Assembly (NCBI GenBank): GCA_905178155.1
Contig: CAJINV010000003.1
Location: 3,441,600 to 3,505,599 of the forward strand
Direction of reading: 5' to 3'
DNA from: Amoebophrya sp. A120
Lineage: Eukaryota; Protista; Dinoflagellata
Length of the DNA: 64,000 bases
Shown: piece after piece, positions 36,701 through 49,486 of the stretch
Layout: each line of letters starts with the position of its first letter
Position numbering within the stretch: the first letter of the stretch is position 1
Position numbers and translations under genes: made by a program
The notes under the pieces: generated by a model
Told to the model about the DNA's origin: nothing
The model's input: the letters and a program-made list of their open reading frames with translations, nothing else
The model's database searches: none

Positions 36701-39700
36701 AATTTCTGGCGACAAATCCAAGTCCAAAAGCTCGTCGTCGCGGCCGGACTGGTTCATCAGGTCCCAACACACCTCTTGCACGTAGCCCTCGCCCTTCAAT
36801 GCGAGCGTCACGTCTTCGAATGGGTTGTGGATTGTGTATACCCGGAACTTCTGCAAGAAGTAGGGGAGCTGTACGCCATCATCCGGCGGGCTGATGTCAC
36901 ACGGGTGGAACTTTGCAGTGAACTGATAGTCCTTACCGGGCTCCAGATTTATCGTGCTCGGACAGATCACGGAGAAGTGCGGAATAGTGTCCGTGACTGC
37001 GATGCCTTCCTCGTTCAGGATCTCGCACCTTGCCGTCGCGGGTATGATCCCGTCATTCTGAAGGCGGAACTGAATTTGATGCTCGCGACCGAGCTGCAGC
37101 TTGCCAAAATCAAACTGTCCGTCTGTCAAAGCGTCCACGCCTTCGAGCGTAATACTCGGCACCGTGCCATCGCCGCGCATCTCGAACGTCAAGTAGTTGC
37201 TGCGCGGGTCTGTTCCGTCCGTGACCTTCGCCTCGAAAATGGCGTAATACGTCTGCAGCTGCGGTGGGGCGAAGGACACGGTAACGTACCGGTGCTCGTG
37301 CGGCGGAATGACCAGCTGCGCGGGCTGGATTTCAAATGGAAAGTCCTTATCGCCCGCTGCGGATCGCGGCTTGACGCTAATGTTGACCTCACATGGAATT
37401 CCGCGCGGATTCGTGATTCGCAGCCGTTCCTTCTGGGGTTCTGCCCCGCCGGCCAGGCAGGGACCGAAGCTGAAGACCCGATCCTCCTCCGCGTAGCACC
37501 GGATGTCCACCCGACCGGCGGTGGCAATGGCGTCCTCGAGGTTGCGTGCCACGTACTGCTCTTCGAACACCCACTGCATGTTCGTGTCAATTGCAGGTAC
37601 GCAGGACTGCGCGGTCAGGAGGTAAACCAACGCGTTGATGTCCCCCACGCGGATTTGGTCCGCCATGTTGGGCTCCACGCCGGCGACCCAGAGCCCGAGC
37701 TTCTTGTCCTCGTCGCGATCCCCGTTAGCCACGAACTTTACGGTAATCTTCGCCGTGGACTTCTCCCCGTCTTCGGCGACCGGATCTAAAGTGCCCATCG
37801 CGGGGGATACCTCGAACGGTCCAATTTGCACGGTATCCTTGAAGTACTCGCCCGGCGGTCGGGCCAGCACGCTCGGGTCCACGTAGCGCTCGACCTTCTG
37901 TCTCCCCGGGCTGCGCGGACTGCCGCGCTGCGACCGCGGCGACTTCCCGCCCTTGGGTGATCGCTCCGCGGCTGCCGCCACCTCCGTGACGCTGGGGTCC
38001 TGCATGATCTGGTTCAAGTCGACCAAGGCCCACTCGAAGGCAAACACACCGTCGTTTCGGATTTCGAACGTTCGCGTTTTTGGGTCGGCGCCCGATTTCA
38101 CCGGACCAAAATTGAGGCCGCGCGGTGGCGTCACGGTGAACGCGTTGTACGCCGCCTGGACGGACAGTCGGATAGGCGGAATGGCGGGCTCGACGCGTTC
38201 CATAGAACGGGCTTCGAAAATCTTCAAATGCAGCTCCGGGGCGTCAACGATCCTCACTTCGCGGAACGAAACGGCGGAGACCTTGATCACCCGGCGCTCG
38301 TCCGGCGCGATCTCCACCGCCCGGCCCACCTCGTCCTTGATGGACAGAATTTCCATGATGGACCGCTTTTTGATCTTAAGCTCGTACTTCAACGGATACT
38401 TGCCATGGTTCACGATTTCGAACTGCTCCTCCTTGGTTTCGCCGACCCGGAGACTGCCGAAGTCCAGACCGCGCTCGTTGGGTGGCGGGAACACCACCCC
38501 GACGTCTACTTCGAAGCACTCGCCGGAAACCTCTACTTCGCAGGGAGGCAGCTCCACCGCGGAGTGCTGGATCTTGGGAGCCTCCTCGCCTCGTGGATTT
38601 TCTTGCTCGAGCTTCGCGAGACCGCTCGAGTAAAAACCCTCCGTGTCCTGGAGAGCGAAGCGGAGCTTAAAGTTGTAGAAGTTCGCTTTGGTGGCTTTGA
38701 AAACGACCTTCACGCGCACCGTTGCCCCGGGTGTGAGAATCCCCTCTTTTGGCTCGACAGTGAACTGGGGCGGGACCGTGTACTCTAGTTCTTCCGGCGA
38801 TGGCTCGGGCGGCGGGTCCTCGCCGTCGATCGGTGTGACGTCCTTGCCGAACTTGTTGTCCACCTTCCAGAAGACATTCACGGACCCCGGGTTCGTCAGC
38901 GTCACCTCCCGCACGTCGCTCTGCCGCAGCATCAGCTTGTCGAAATCCATAGACGCCGCGGACGCCTCCAGTTTCGGGATCGTGCCGGTGGCGGTCAGGG
39001 GGATCACCGTGCATTCCGGGTTGTCGTCGATGGTCACGACCAATTTGTCCGCCACGGTACCCTCCGTCGTCGGGAAGCACCACACGGTGACCTCCCGCGT
39101 TTCGTCCTGCTGCAGCTCCAGCACCTCTGGCGTGACGCAGAAGGGGTAGGTCGAGAAGTCGGCTTTTGGGAAGGGCAGCGCGGTTTCAACCGTCGGCACG
39201 AGGCCCTCGTACGTCTCGGGCGTCACGGACTCCTGACCCGCGATCAAATCCTTCGCCTGTTTCAACTTTTCCGCGACGGATGCTGTGGTGCCCTCCACGG
39301 TTTGCGAGGACGCGAGACAGAAAAAAGCGCGCAGCGGGAACAAGCTGTTGTTCGTGATCCGGAACCGCTCGACGTGCTTGCGTAGGAAAAACAGCTGGTT
39401 GTCCTTTTCTTGTTCCAGTTTCATGGCCGCGCGGCGCTCGGCGCGCTCCTCCTCGGTGAGGGGGACCTTCTTGGCAACCTCCTCGCCCGTCGCGGTCGAG
39501 GACTGGTCTTGCCAGGACTCCCGCGTGCTCGTAGATTTTGTCGTCAAACCGTCAAACGCGCTGAAAACGTAGCCAGTGTTTTCGCGCTCCGCGATCTGCC
39601 GGTCCAGCCCGAGGGCGAGTCGTTTTGACACCTGCAGCATTTCCTGAGTGAACAAATGCCGCGCTTCCGCGTCCTTGCCGACAAGCAGCGGTCCGAACTC

Positions 39701-42700
39701 GTAGAGGTCGCGACTGCTGATGTACTGCCGACTGACGTAGATCGGAGGCTGGGGTCGGAGCCGGATGCGGCGCATGAACAGGTTCGCGGGGTTGCTGTTG
39801 ATGTGCGGGAACGCGGTCACGCCGGATATTGTCACCATTGCCCGGCACAGCGTGACCGGGGGCAGCGGCATCTGGAACGCGAGCGGGTGGTTGGCCAGGT
39901 TTTGCTTCTTGTTCTGCGGCGATTTTCCCGTGGGCGGATTGCTGGCCGGCGACTTGTCGCCCGCGGCGTCCTCATTGTTAGCTTCCTCCAGCGCATCGTT
40001 TGACTCGATGATGGCGAAGCTGTGCGTTTGCAGCTCCTTGAACAGCTTCGCATCGTTGTGCAAGTAGTTGTAGCCCTGCACAACCTCGAAGTGCAGCCGA
40101 CCGGTGACTTCTTCCACACGGTCGGAGAAAAATTTCACGAAGATCTTCACCTTCGACTGGGGCGGAATCACCCACCTGGTTTGCGTGGTCGAGCACTGTG
40201 CCAAGTCCAGAAGCTCCTCTTCTGACTTTGGTGGCGCCGCAGGCTCGATTTCTCCGTTCTCCCCAGCAGCGGCATCTTCTGTCGGCGCAGCAGGAGCTTC
40301 TTCGACATTTTGGTTTTCGTCCCCCGCAGTCCCGTCCTCGAGCGCAGTGCCTGCTTCCTCTACCGCTTCCAGCTTCTGGTCCTCGGGCGGCGCTTCCACA
40401 ACGAGCGGCTCCGGCTGCCCGTCGAGGGGGGTGAGAATCGAAAAATTGTGCTTCGACAGCTTGTACGCCTCATCGTGGTCGAAATCGCGACCGATCTGCG
40501 GCGAATACACAACTTGCCGCATCGAGGGCTGCGGCAGCCTCGGGTCCTCGGGCACGCGTGGCGCGGGCATCATGTCCTCGGGCTCCGGCAGCGCAGCCCG
40601 ACTCTCCTTGTCGTACGGAAGCGGGTACACCGAAACCAGGTGGAAGTCCTGAAATTCCATGTTTGCCAACGCGGAATGCTGGCTGTGCGCAGGCGAGCTG
40701 CCCTTGCTGGATTCCGCCCCTTGGGATTTGTTCCTGGCCTTCGCGCCCGCTTTCGCTGCGTGCCTCTTCTGCTGCTCGAGCGCCAGCTTCTGGAACTCCG
40801 CGTGCTTCACGGCGTTCACTGGCTGGATCGTGTCCGCAATCAGTTGCCTGTAGAAGTCGAAGCACTCGCGATTCGCGGGCACATTGATCTTCTTCAAAAT
40901 TTCCAGCTCCGCCTTGCCGGCTTCCAACCGCTGTTGCAGTACCGCCAGATCGTCTTCGTCCCCGTGATCTTCATCTGCCGAGCTGTCCTGCACCTTGGTT
41001 TCCAGCGCCGTCATTTCGGCCTGCAAACTCTCCGCGTCCTTCTCGATCTCGGCCTGTCGCAAGTCTAAAAACGCCTGCAGATCGGCCTCAAACACCTCAA
41101 TGCGCTTCGCCTCCTTCGCTTCCTCGTCCAGCTCCTCGTCGGCGACCTTGTTTTCATCCGCTGCACCGCCCGCAACATCTCCTGGGTTGTTGTCTGCTTC
41201 GTTTCCCGACATGCCTCCCGTGTCCTGCTCGGGAGAGCGGTGGCTCGGTTCCATCAGGAAGAACCGAATCCGCTCGTCGAGAAGGAACAGCACCTGCAAA
41301 ACGCTCTCCGGCGTGAGGTACTTGATGGACGCCTCGAAGGAGTTCAAGATAAAACCGGTGTTGAAGTCGCACAGCGCGAGCCGCTTCTTGACGATCTGCG
41401 CAACCACCTCCGGGTCCAGGTCGTAGGTCGGGAACGCCGCCGCGGCCGCGTCGTCGGCTGGAGGTTTGATGTCGTGCGACAAGAGGATGCTCTTGTGCGC
41501 GATCTTCGCCTCGTACTCCGCTTTCGCCGCGGGATCCGTCTCCCACAGCTGCTCCCGCTCCGTCATCGTGGCCCGCACCTTGTCGACGAACTCCTCGTCC
41601 AGTAGGCCCTTCGCGCTGCCTGAAACCGCCCAGTCCACGCACTCGTCGATGGAGAGAAAGCCCCGCTGGCTGACCGCGTGAATCTGGTTGGCCCACTTCG
41701 TGCGCCCGGAGCGCTGCGGCCCGTGGATCACCACGTTCTCGCGGAACTTTTGCGGGACCCGGTTCGGGAACTTGTCCTCCTCCAGACCCAGATCCAGCAT
41801 CGCCGCCACCTCGTAGTCGCGCTCCGTCTTGATCACGGGCTTCTGGCACATCAGCGGCTTGATGTTCTTCGGGTCCCACACAGGATCCCGCACGAACCGC
41901 CCGTCGTGATCCTCGTTGGCTTCCTCCCACAGCCACAGGTAGTAGTCGTTCTGCTCCTCCATGGTGGGAATTTCGTCCGGGAACCACTCCCACGGGAGCT
42001 TGTCCGGCTCCTCCTCGAGTTCTTCCGGGTCCAAATTCTCTTCCTTCAAAAACAGCCACTCGCTCTGCCAGAATTCCTGCACCTTCGTCAGGAACTGCTT
42101 CTGCAGCTCCACGATGGCGATCTCCTTGCCGCCCGTCGTGTTCATCGCGTTCGTGTCGTTGTCCTGCTTCTTCTGCAGCAGCTCGTCGTCGCGCTCCTGC
42201 TTTCGGGCCAATCGGACGTCCTGGTGCTCTTTTCGCTTCTGCTCCTGGTTCCACGTGTCGATCACGTCGGGCCACGTCACCGACATGTCGGACCGCAGCG
42301 GAAACTCGGAGTACTTGTAGAGCGGGTCGTGCTCGTAGATCTCCAGCATCTGCTCCTCGAGCCGGTACTGCTCGTCAAAGTCGGCGCTGTAGACCGTGAT
42401 GGGGTAGTCGGTGGGGTTTTCCAGATAGATGCCGCGCAAACTTCGCTCGTAGTACGGCAGAACCGGGTCGAGCTTGATTTCTTTTTGGTCCACGTTCAAA
42501 CTCAACATGTCGCCCTGCCCGTTGCACGTCAGCATCTTCTTGTGCGGATTGTCCTTCACCTTCAAACCTGTTTATTTGGTACTTGGCCTATTTTTATCTT
42601 GAAAAAGCAACGAGTCATGAGACATGAGAGCGCGTACGAAACGAGGACCAAGAGGCCGAGGCAAACAAGAGGTAGTAAAGTAGGCAACTATGGGTATGCA

Positions 42701-45700
42701 GCTTACAACTAGAGCTCGCCGCATAGATTGATGCATCGTCTCCGCGGCAATTTCAGAAATAATAATAAAATGAAAACCGAAGAGTGTACCGAGCTTCTGC
42801 TTGTAGGAATTTGCAGAGTTTGGTGTGAAGGCAATTTCCACCCACTGCACCTCGTCCGGGTGCAGCACCCCGTGGTCGGGTGTGACGGTGAAGACCGTAT
42901 CCCACTTGGGCAACGGCTTGCCGCCCGACGCTTTGGGCGTCTTGTAGCTCCACTCGATTGGTACGGGCTTTTTGTTCTTAATCGAGATGGTGATGATCTT
43001 CTTCTGCCCGACGAGCACGCGGCCGAAGTCGATGAACTCGTTGCTCACCACGATCTCTGGCAGTACGAAGAACGCTTTCAAGTGCACTTCGTACTGCGGT
43101 CCGTTCTTGACCGGAATCTTCCACGAAAAGGAAACCGGCCCCTCGCCCTGCACTAGCGGGTCGTTGGCGTCCTTACCACCCTTCGCAACAGCGGTGGCCG
43201 CATCCTCCTCCGGGCTGGCGGAATACGCCTCGCACGTCAGGGTGATCTTGTCGAGTGCTGGGATCGTTTTGGCGTTCGCCGGCTCCACGAGAAAGCCGTA
43301 GGCTTCCAGCTCCTTCTTCTTGATCTCAAACTGCACGGTGTCGTGGTACACGTTATGCAGGATGATGTTCTTCTTTTTGCTATGCCCCAGAATAATGTAG
43401 CCGAAGTCGCACACGTAGCTCGCGGCGACGACTCCGGCCTCCTTCTTCTTGCCTTTTTTCCCCTTGTTTTTGCTGCCGCTCGCCTGCGGTGCCGCGCGCT
43501 GCTGCAGGAAGAGTTCCTCTTCCTGCTGCAACAGGATCTGACACAGGTGCTGCCGGTCGACCTCGCTCTCCAGCTTCAGCATCAGCTGCTTCCGCTCGTT
43601 CGCGACCGCGACTGCGGTTCCGCTGCGCGGCGTGCCGTTGCTGACTTCCTGCTTCGAGGATTTCTTGGCTGAGCCCTTGGAACTGGCGGACGGCGGGCGG
43701 TTGCTCTCGCTGTTGGACTCCCCCGATCCGGACTTGTCGGGCGCGCCGGAGCTGCTGGAGCTGCCCTTCTTCGACCGGCTCTTCTTGTCTCCCGGCACCA
43801 AGGCCGTGACACCGTCGACGATTTCGTCTTGCTGCTTCTGCACCACGGCCCGCGCGGCCTCCAACTTCATCAGATGCGTCTCCCGCTCCGCCCGCTCCAG
43901 TTCCAGCACCAGGTTCGGGAAGATCCCCGTGCCGTTTATCTTGAACTTGATGGGCTCGTAGTGCGCCACCGCGATCAGCACGTGCTCCTCGACGTAGTCC
44001 GGGATGCCCGGGCAGAATCGGATTTTCAAAAACGTTTTGTCTTCCGGGTGGATCAGCCCCGTCTGCGGGAAAATGTCGACGCAGAGCGGTCGCTTCAACG
44101 TGGTCATGTCGACGCTGTAGTAGAACGGCACCTGGCCCATGTTCCGGATGCACAGATCCCGTTCCACGGTTTGCGTGAACAAGATATCGCCGACCGACAT
44201 GCCGTCCTGCACGCCGCCGATTTTGTCCAGCCGATACTCCACGTCACTGGCGGTCCCGCCGACCGCCACGGTGTAGTCCGGGCCGCCGTCGCAAAGGCAC
44301 ACGAAGTGCGTCTCGACTTTCCGGTTCCCGAGGCCGAAATACGTGAACTGCACGTCCACGCTGCTGCCGCTCTCGATGCGGCCCGCGATCGGCAGGACGT
44401 CGAACACCTGGCCGAGCGGAACGTCGACCATTTTGCCGTCCATGTCGCAGCGGATGCTGTCCTCGTCGACGAGTGTGAACTCGAAGTTGACCGGCAGCGG
44501 GTACGGATTGGAGACGCGGATGCTCTGCACCTTGCTGGTCATGTTCAGAATGGCGCCGAAGTCCACCGCGAGGGCGTCGAACACCAAGTTCGGGAACACC
44601 ACCTCGCCGATCAAGTCGATGCTGTCCTTTTGCGGGTGGTCCGCGTAGGTGATGGCCAGCTTTTGCTTGTTCACGTCGCACACCTTGTCCACTTGGTAGT
44701 TCGGGTCGAAGGACACCGTGCAGGTGTGCTTCTGCCCCGGCGTCAAGGTCAGGGCCGTTTTGTCGATGTGGAAGGGGTAGGGGCACTTGATTTGGAACTT
44801 CACGTCCAGGGGACTCACGTTGGTGAACTGCAGCGGCTGCGTGAGCGGGGCGAACTCCCTGTAGCCGTACTTGGTCTCCCACTCGAACTTGTACTCGAGC
44901 GACTGCTGGCTCAACTGCAGCAGGGGCGCGATGAACTCGCCCTGCAGTTCGCACTGCAGGACCGGCTGGCCCTTGCGGTCGTTGGCGCCGACGAATTCCG
45001 TGCACGTGAGCACTTCGGACACCGACCCGGGACGCGCGGACATCGCGGTGAAGGTGAACCGGTACATGGACTTCCCGTCTAGCGTCACCGTGTCCGGCGT
45101 CACGCTGAACACCGGGGTGAGCTCCTGGATTTTTAGTTCCATGGCGCGCTTGCTCTTCCCGGACTTTTCCTCCTCCTCGCTGGGCTTCTTTGCGAGAAAC
45201 TTTTGCAGAGCCTCCAGTTTCTCGCTGCTCCAAACCAGTCTCCTGGCTTTCTTTCCCCGGTTCTCCACGTAGATCTCGCGGGTGTGCGTCTGTGTGGCGT
45301 ACACGGTTCCGAAATCGAGCTTCGACAGGTCTTCCGGGCTGGTGATCGGCGTCCCCGTGCCCTTCGCTTTCACGGCCACCATGATGTCGTTGGATTCGTG
45401 CACGACCAGGTGCAGCGTATCGGACACCGCCTGTTTCTCGTCGCACACTAATGTCAAGTGCAAGTAGGCCACCTCGTTGGGCGCGAGGTGCAGCTTTTTG
45501 GGCTTCACGCTCCACAGGCTGTTCTTGCTCTTTAAGAAGCACCTCACGGCAGCGTCGATCACGCTGTTGTTCGTGACTTTCAGGGTCTTCGTGACCGGCT
45601 GCAGGCACTTCGTGTTGCCCCAGTCTAGCTTGTTGGTCTCGACCTCGACCCGCGGGCCGATCGGGATGGCTGTCAGCTGGAAGGGATACGGAACCGGCTG

Positions 45701-48700
45701 GCCCAAAATCTTCACGTACATCGGGATGCTCAGCGGCTGGCCCCCAGCTGCGGAGGATAAAATTGAAATAAAATTGATAAGTATTTTTTGCATGACATCA
45801 TGACAGAAAACTACGAAGAAAGCGACACTACCCCGTAGGATGGTTTTGTGGTTCATCTTATGTCAATGACATCTCTGCCACATAATTCATCGAGAAGACC
45901 ACGAGCAAATACCAGTTTCCTTCGGGATTTTTTTCGCAATGAGCGTGATCGTGATCACGTGCGAAGACGCAGGGGGAACGTTGCCCTGCATCTGGTCCGC
46001 TTCGAACTCCGCAATCTGTTTGCTCTGCTCGTCTTGCGGCAGAATTTGGAACTTTGCGGGAAGGGAAGACGTGTTGTGCATGACCAGGCACTGGCAAAAC
46101 GCGTACCGGATGAAAACTTCCCCGAAGGAAATAGCCTCGTACGGCTCAAACACCACCGTCGGGACAGCGCACCTTAGGTTGGTCATTCAATTGACTTGAA
46201 AAAATGCATCTCGGCATGTAAGTAAGCAAAGCACAGTCACTTATTGACAACGAACTTCAGATGCACATGGAAGCAAATAAAGAAGGAATGGTAAGAGACA
46301 CGAAACGGATTGCAAAAAACTACTAGTTCTTCTACTTCGGCGATTACAAAAAATTGGTACTTCGCAGTGATCGGGACGCTACCCAGCTCCTGCCCGACTC
46401 CATCGAGATCCACTACCAAGGCAAGATCATATGCCTTCTGCGGATTGGCCTGAGCACTGATGAAGTCGATCTGTTTTTTGGAGAAGTGATTTAGAATTTT
46501 TGGTGTGTTCAGCATCAGCAGTCACTGTCTTCACTACCACGGTTGCATTGATTACGCTCTTCTACTTCGATCAGCTATGCATGTTTATGTCTATCACCGA
46601 GAAGATGAGATCTCCTACCTGTATTTTCTGGGAGCAGTTTGGCAAGAGCACGCCCTTGCTAGGGATTACGTCAAACTCCTTCTGCAAGAATCTGCCGTCC
46701 CCCGGTATTCTCAAGGCATACCGCATGGTGACTTCGCTGTCGTTGGAGAGCGTGATGGTCTTGCAGTTCAGGAAACCGAACGACACGGTACCGAAATTTA
46801 TCCGGTCCATGTCGAAGTGGAAGGTCGGACAGACGGAGTTACCCTTGAACGAAATCGGGATCACGCACGCGGCCTTGTTGTTCGAACTCAGTTCCCAGTT
46901 AAAAGTTTCGTGGAACTCCCCGAGAATGTTCGGGCAGAAGTCGATCTGCAGCGTTTCTTGCCCGTCGACCTCCAACCGCCCGGAAGCAGGCGTGAACGAA
47001 AACTTGCTTCCGAACGGAGACGTGTTCGGAATCTGATGTAGTTTCGGAAAAATCAAATAAAAATATGATAATCAGATAACGACCAGGTGCGGGTCGGAGT
47101 GGGAGTGGGTTGGAAAAGGTATATGGAGTTTTAGCTATCAAGAGCAGGGAGGATCGAAAATGGTGCGCAGTCGGCGCTGTATGCTTGTACCGCTGTCCAT
47201 ACCCCGTTGACCTAGGCATACTGCTCGTGAAGGATCAAACTCAAGGTCGCCGAACGCATACGCAATCGAATAAACACGACCTATCATACCAGTTCGTAGT
47301 TGACCGCGATGTCGCCCTGATTGACAATGTCGACCTCGTATCGGTGCATACTTTCGACAAATATGTCGCCGACGTCCATCTCGTCGTAGGAGAAGGCCGC
47401 CTTGGGGCCAATGCCGTGCCCGGTCAGCTTCACCGGAATTCGCTCCTGCTGTCCCACGATGCTGCAGTACGCGAGACAGTGGTAGTGCAGCGCGGACTTC
47501 GGCGAAAACGAAATGGTCACCGTCAGCTTGCTCTTGGCCCATATTCTGCCGGAAAGGGGCTCAATCCCGAAAATTGTGTCGTAGAAGTACATCGGGTCCT
47601 CCAGAACGGCTTTCGCGATATTGGCGTACTTCCGCTTCAACGCGGCCAACTGGGCGGCGCCCCGCTTCTCCGGTATCCTGAGTAAAAACGTCCCCATACC
47701 AGAGTCAAGATGGGGATTTTGCAACACAAACCTTGAAGTTTTGGGAGCCCCGCATGAAAAACTGCAGGCTGTAGTGTAGTGCAGTTTAGAAAGGGAAGTC
47801 GCATTACAAATCCATATGCTTATCCTGGTTACAGAATTACACGTTCCAAAACACGATCGGAAATGCCTATCATGGGGATACGCATTACAAATGCTCGCGT
47901 GCTCGCAGATCTGCATGACAACTCTGGGGTGGGGATGTTTTTACTCAGGATATCCGGCCGGTTGTCGTCGTCCGATTCCTCGCCGTCAGCCTCCTGAAGT
48001 ACGGGTGGAGGTGGTAAAAAAGGATTTTTGCCGATTATTCGATGCGGGACCTACACGAACTAGTATGGCGCTAGTATGCGCTGTGCTCGGTCTTTGTATT
48101 TTGTTTCAAGATTTCACTTGGCGTGCAACGCGCTGCACGTTAGGAGAAATGCAACATGACGAAGTAATTATCAGTACGTGATGCGGCAACTCTAACGCCA
48201 TTTGTTCTACGAACAACTGTTCCTCGGTTTCCTCCTCCTTCAGCTGCACACCCAGCTTCAATTTCTGCTGGATCTCCTCCTCGACGTTGCCGAAGGCCCG
48301 CCATGAAAAGTCCACCGGGTGATCGCTGTTGTTGATGATGTCTACCGTGGCCTGGGACATCAGGGCAATGTAGGTGTCGTGCAGCAGCACGTTCCTGGTT
48401 TCAAACTGAATATCCAGGTTGCACCCGCGCCCCCTCAGCTTCGTGCACGCCTCCACCGGCGCTGAGTCGCCGTAGCAAAGGACCAAATCCCTCTCGTAGT
48501 CCGTGTCGCTGCGGTCGGGCCTGAGAAAAAGGAAATAATTGCAAAAAAACTAAACGCAGTTCTGCAGGCAAAGAAGTATTCAGTTGAGCGTGCGCTACGC
48601 TAGCTGCGCTCCTGCGCATAGATTCACTTACGTACACTACACGCCAGATGTTGATGAGATGCACAGACATGTTGACAGTGAAGAAGTTAGTAGGGCACGA

Positions 48701-49486
48701 AAAAAATGAAGAAGCTTCAGAATTATACTTGAAGTGGATCTGGACTTGAAGCGTTGAATCTGGGTCCAAGTAGCCGTCTGCGATGGAGACCGAAAATGGT
48801 GGCGCTACCTGAAAGCAGAAGCGTGTGGCCTTTTCTCCCACGTTGCGCATCAGTACCGTCTTGGTAGACTCTAGCCGAACTGGGCAGTCCGTGCCGAAGT
48901 CAACAACGTCCGGAAAATCAAGCAGCGCGTGGAATCCGAGGGCTCGGATGGGCACGACAAACTTTTCCCGCTCGGTGACGACGGTGAGGTCGTAGGAATA
49001 GTCCTGGCGGGAATCGGGCTTAAATCGTATGGTGTAGCAGATCTCCATGCCGGGCGCCACCTTGTCCCGGTTCTTCTTGGACGGGATCACCTCGAAGTAG
49101 CCGGAATCCGGCGGGAACACCTTGCAGCGGCGGGCCACGTCGTCCTGGTTGCGCAGAAAAAGCTGCGTTTCGTACGTACGCAAGGCCCGGTAATCGGAAA
49201 ACTCAATCATCGGCGGGTTGGGCCGGAACAGCGGCTCGCCCACGGGCACGGAGCTCTGCTCGTGGTGCGTGTACAGGCCCATATTGAGAAACTGCACAAT
49301 TTTGATGCTGCTTGGATCCTCTGCGTGCGGGAACTGGCGCTGTGCACCCCGGTTCTGGTGCTTCGCGATCACCTCCGAGGGAGTCATTTTGGCTTTCTTC
49401 TTCATCGAGAGCGGCGGCGACACCGAGACGGCGGCAGGCGAATTGCCGCCCTCGAGCATCCCGATCCCAGCAGCCGGCGGCGGCAT
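30757..49486 (-). CDS. HYDIN: HYDIN, axonemal central-pair apparatus protein (about 5,413 aa, 14 exons)
   Basis: Exons 49486-48729, 48520-48178, 47993-47953, 47668-47290, 47032-46619, 46470-46361, 46172-45913, 45747-42790, 42567-35516, 35306-34293, 34152-32832, 32661-32255, 32086-31372 and 31226-30757; sum 16,242 nt, in frame. Many ASH/PapD-like repeats (e.g. FTVEPKEGILTPG, INFGTVSFGF), N-terminal KVAPGM..TIRFKP..VVTEREKFVVPIRA, central adenylate-kinase-like region VVIHGPQRSGRT. 12 GT-AG introns and 1 non-canonical intron. Confidence 0.93.
47674..47952. mobile_element. Introner / MITE-like intron 3 inside HYDIN (279 bp, about 32-bp TIR, 5-bp TSD TCCGG)
   Basis: Left end TATCCTGAGTAAAAACGTCCCCATACCAGAGT; right end reverse complement TATCCTGAGTAAAAACATCCCCACCCCAGAGT. 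TCCGG at 47669-47673 and 47953-47957. Removing 284 nt restores ESDDDNRP-EKRGAAQLAALKRKY; read-through hits an in-frame TAA. Confidence 0.9.

Noticed and set aside
47678-47948. Canonical GT-AG pair inside the TIRs of the HYDIN introner
   Set aside because: Using A|GTAAAA and CTCAG|G shifts the frame and gives a TGA within about 10 codons.
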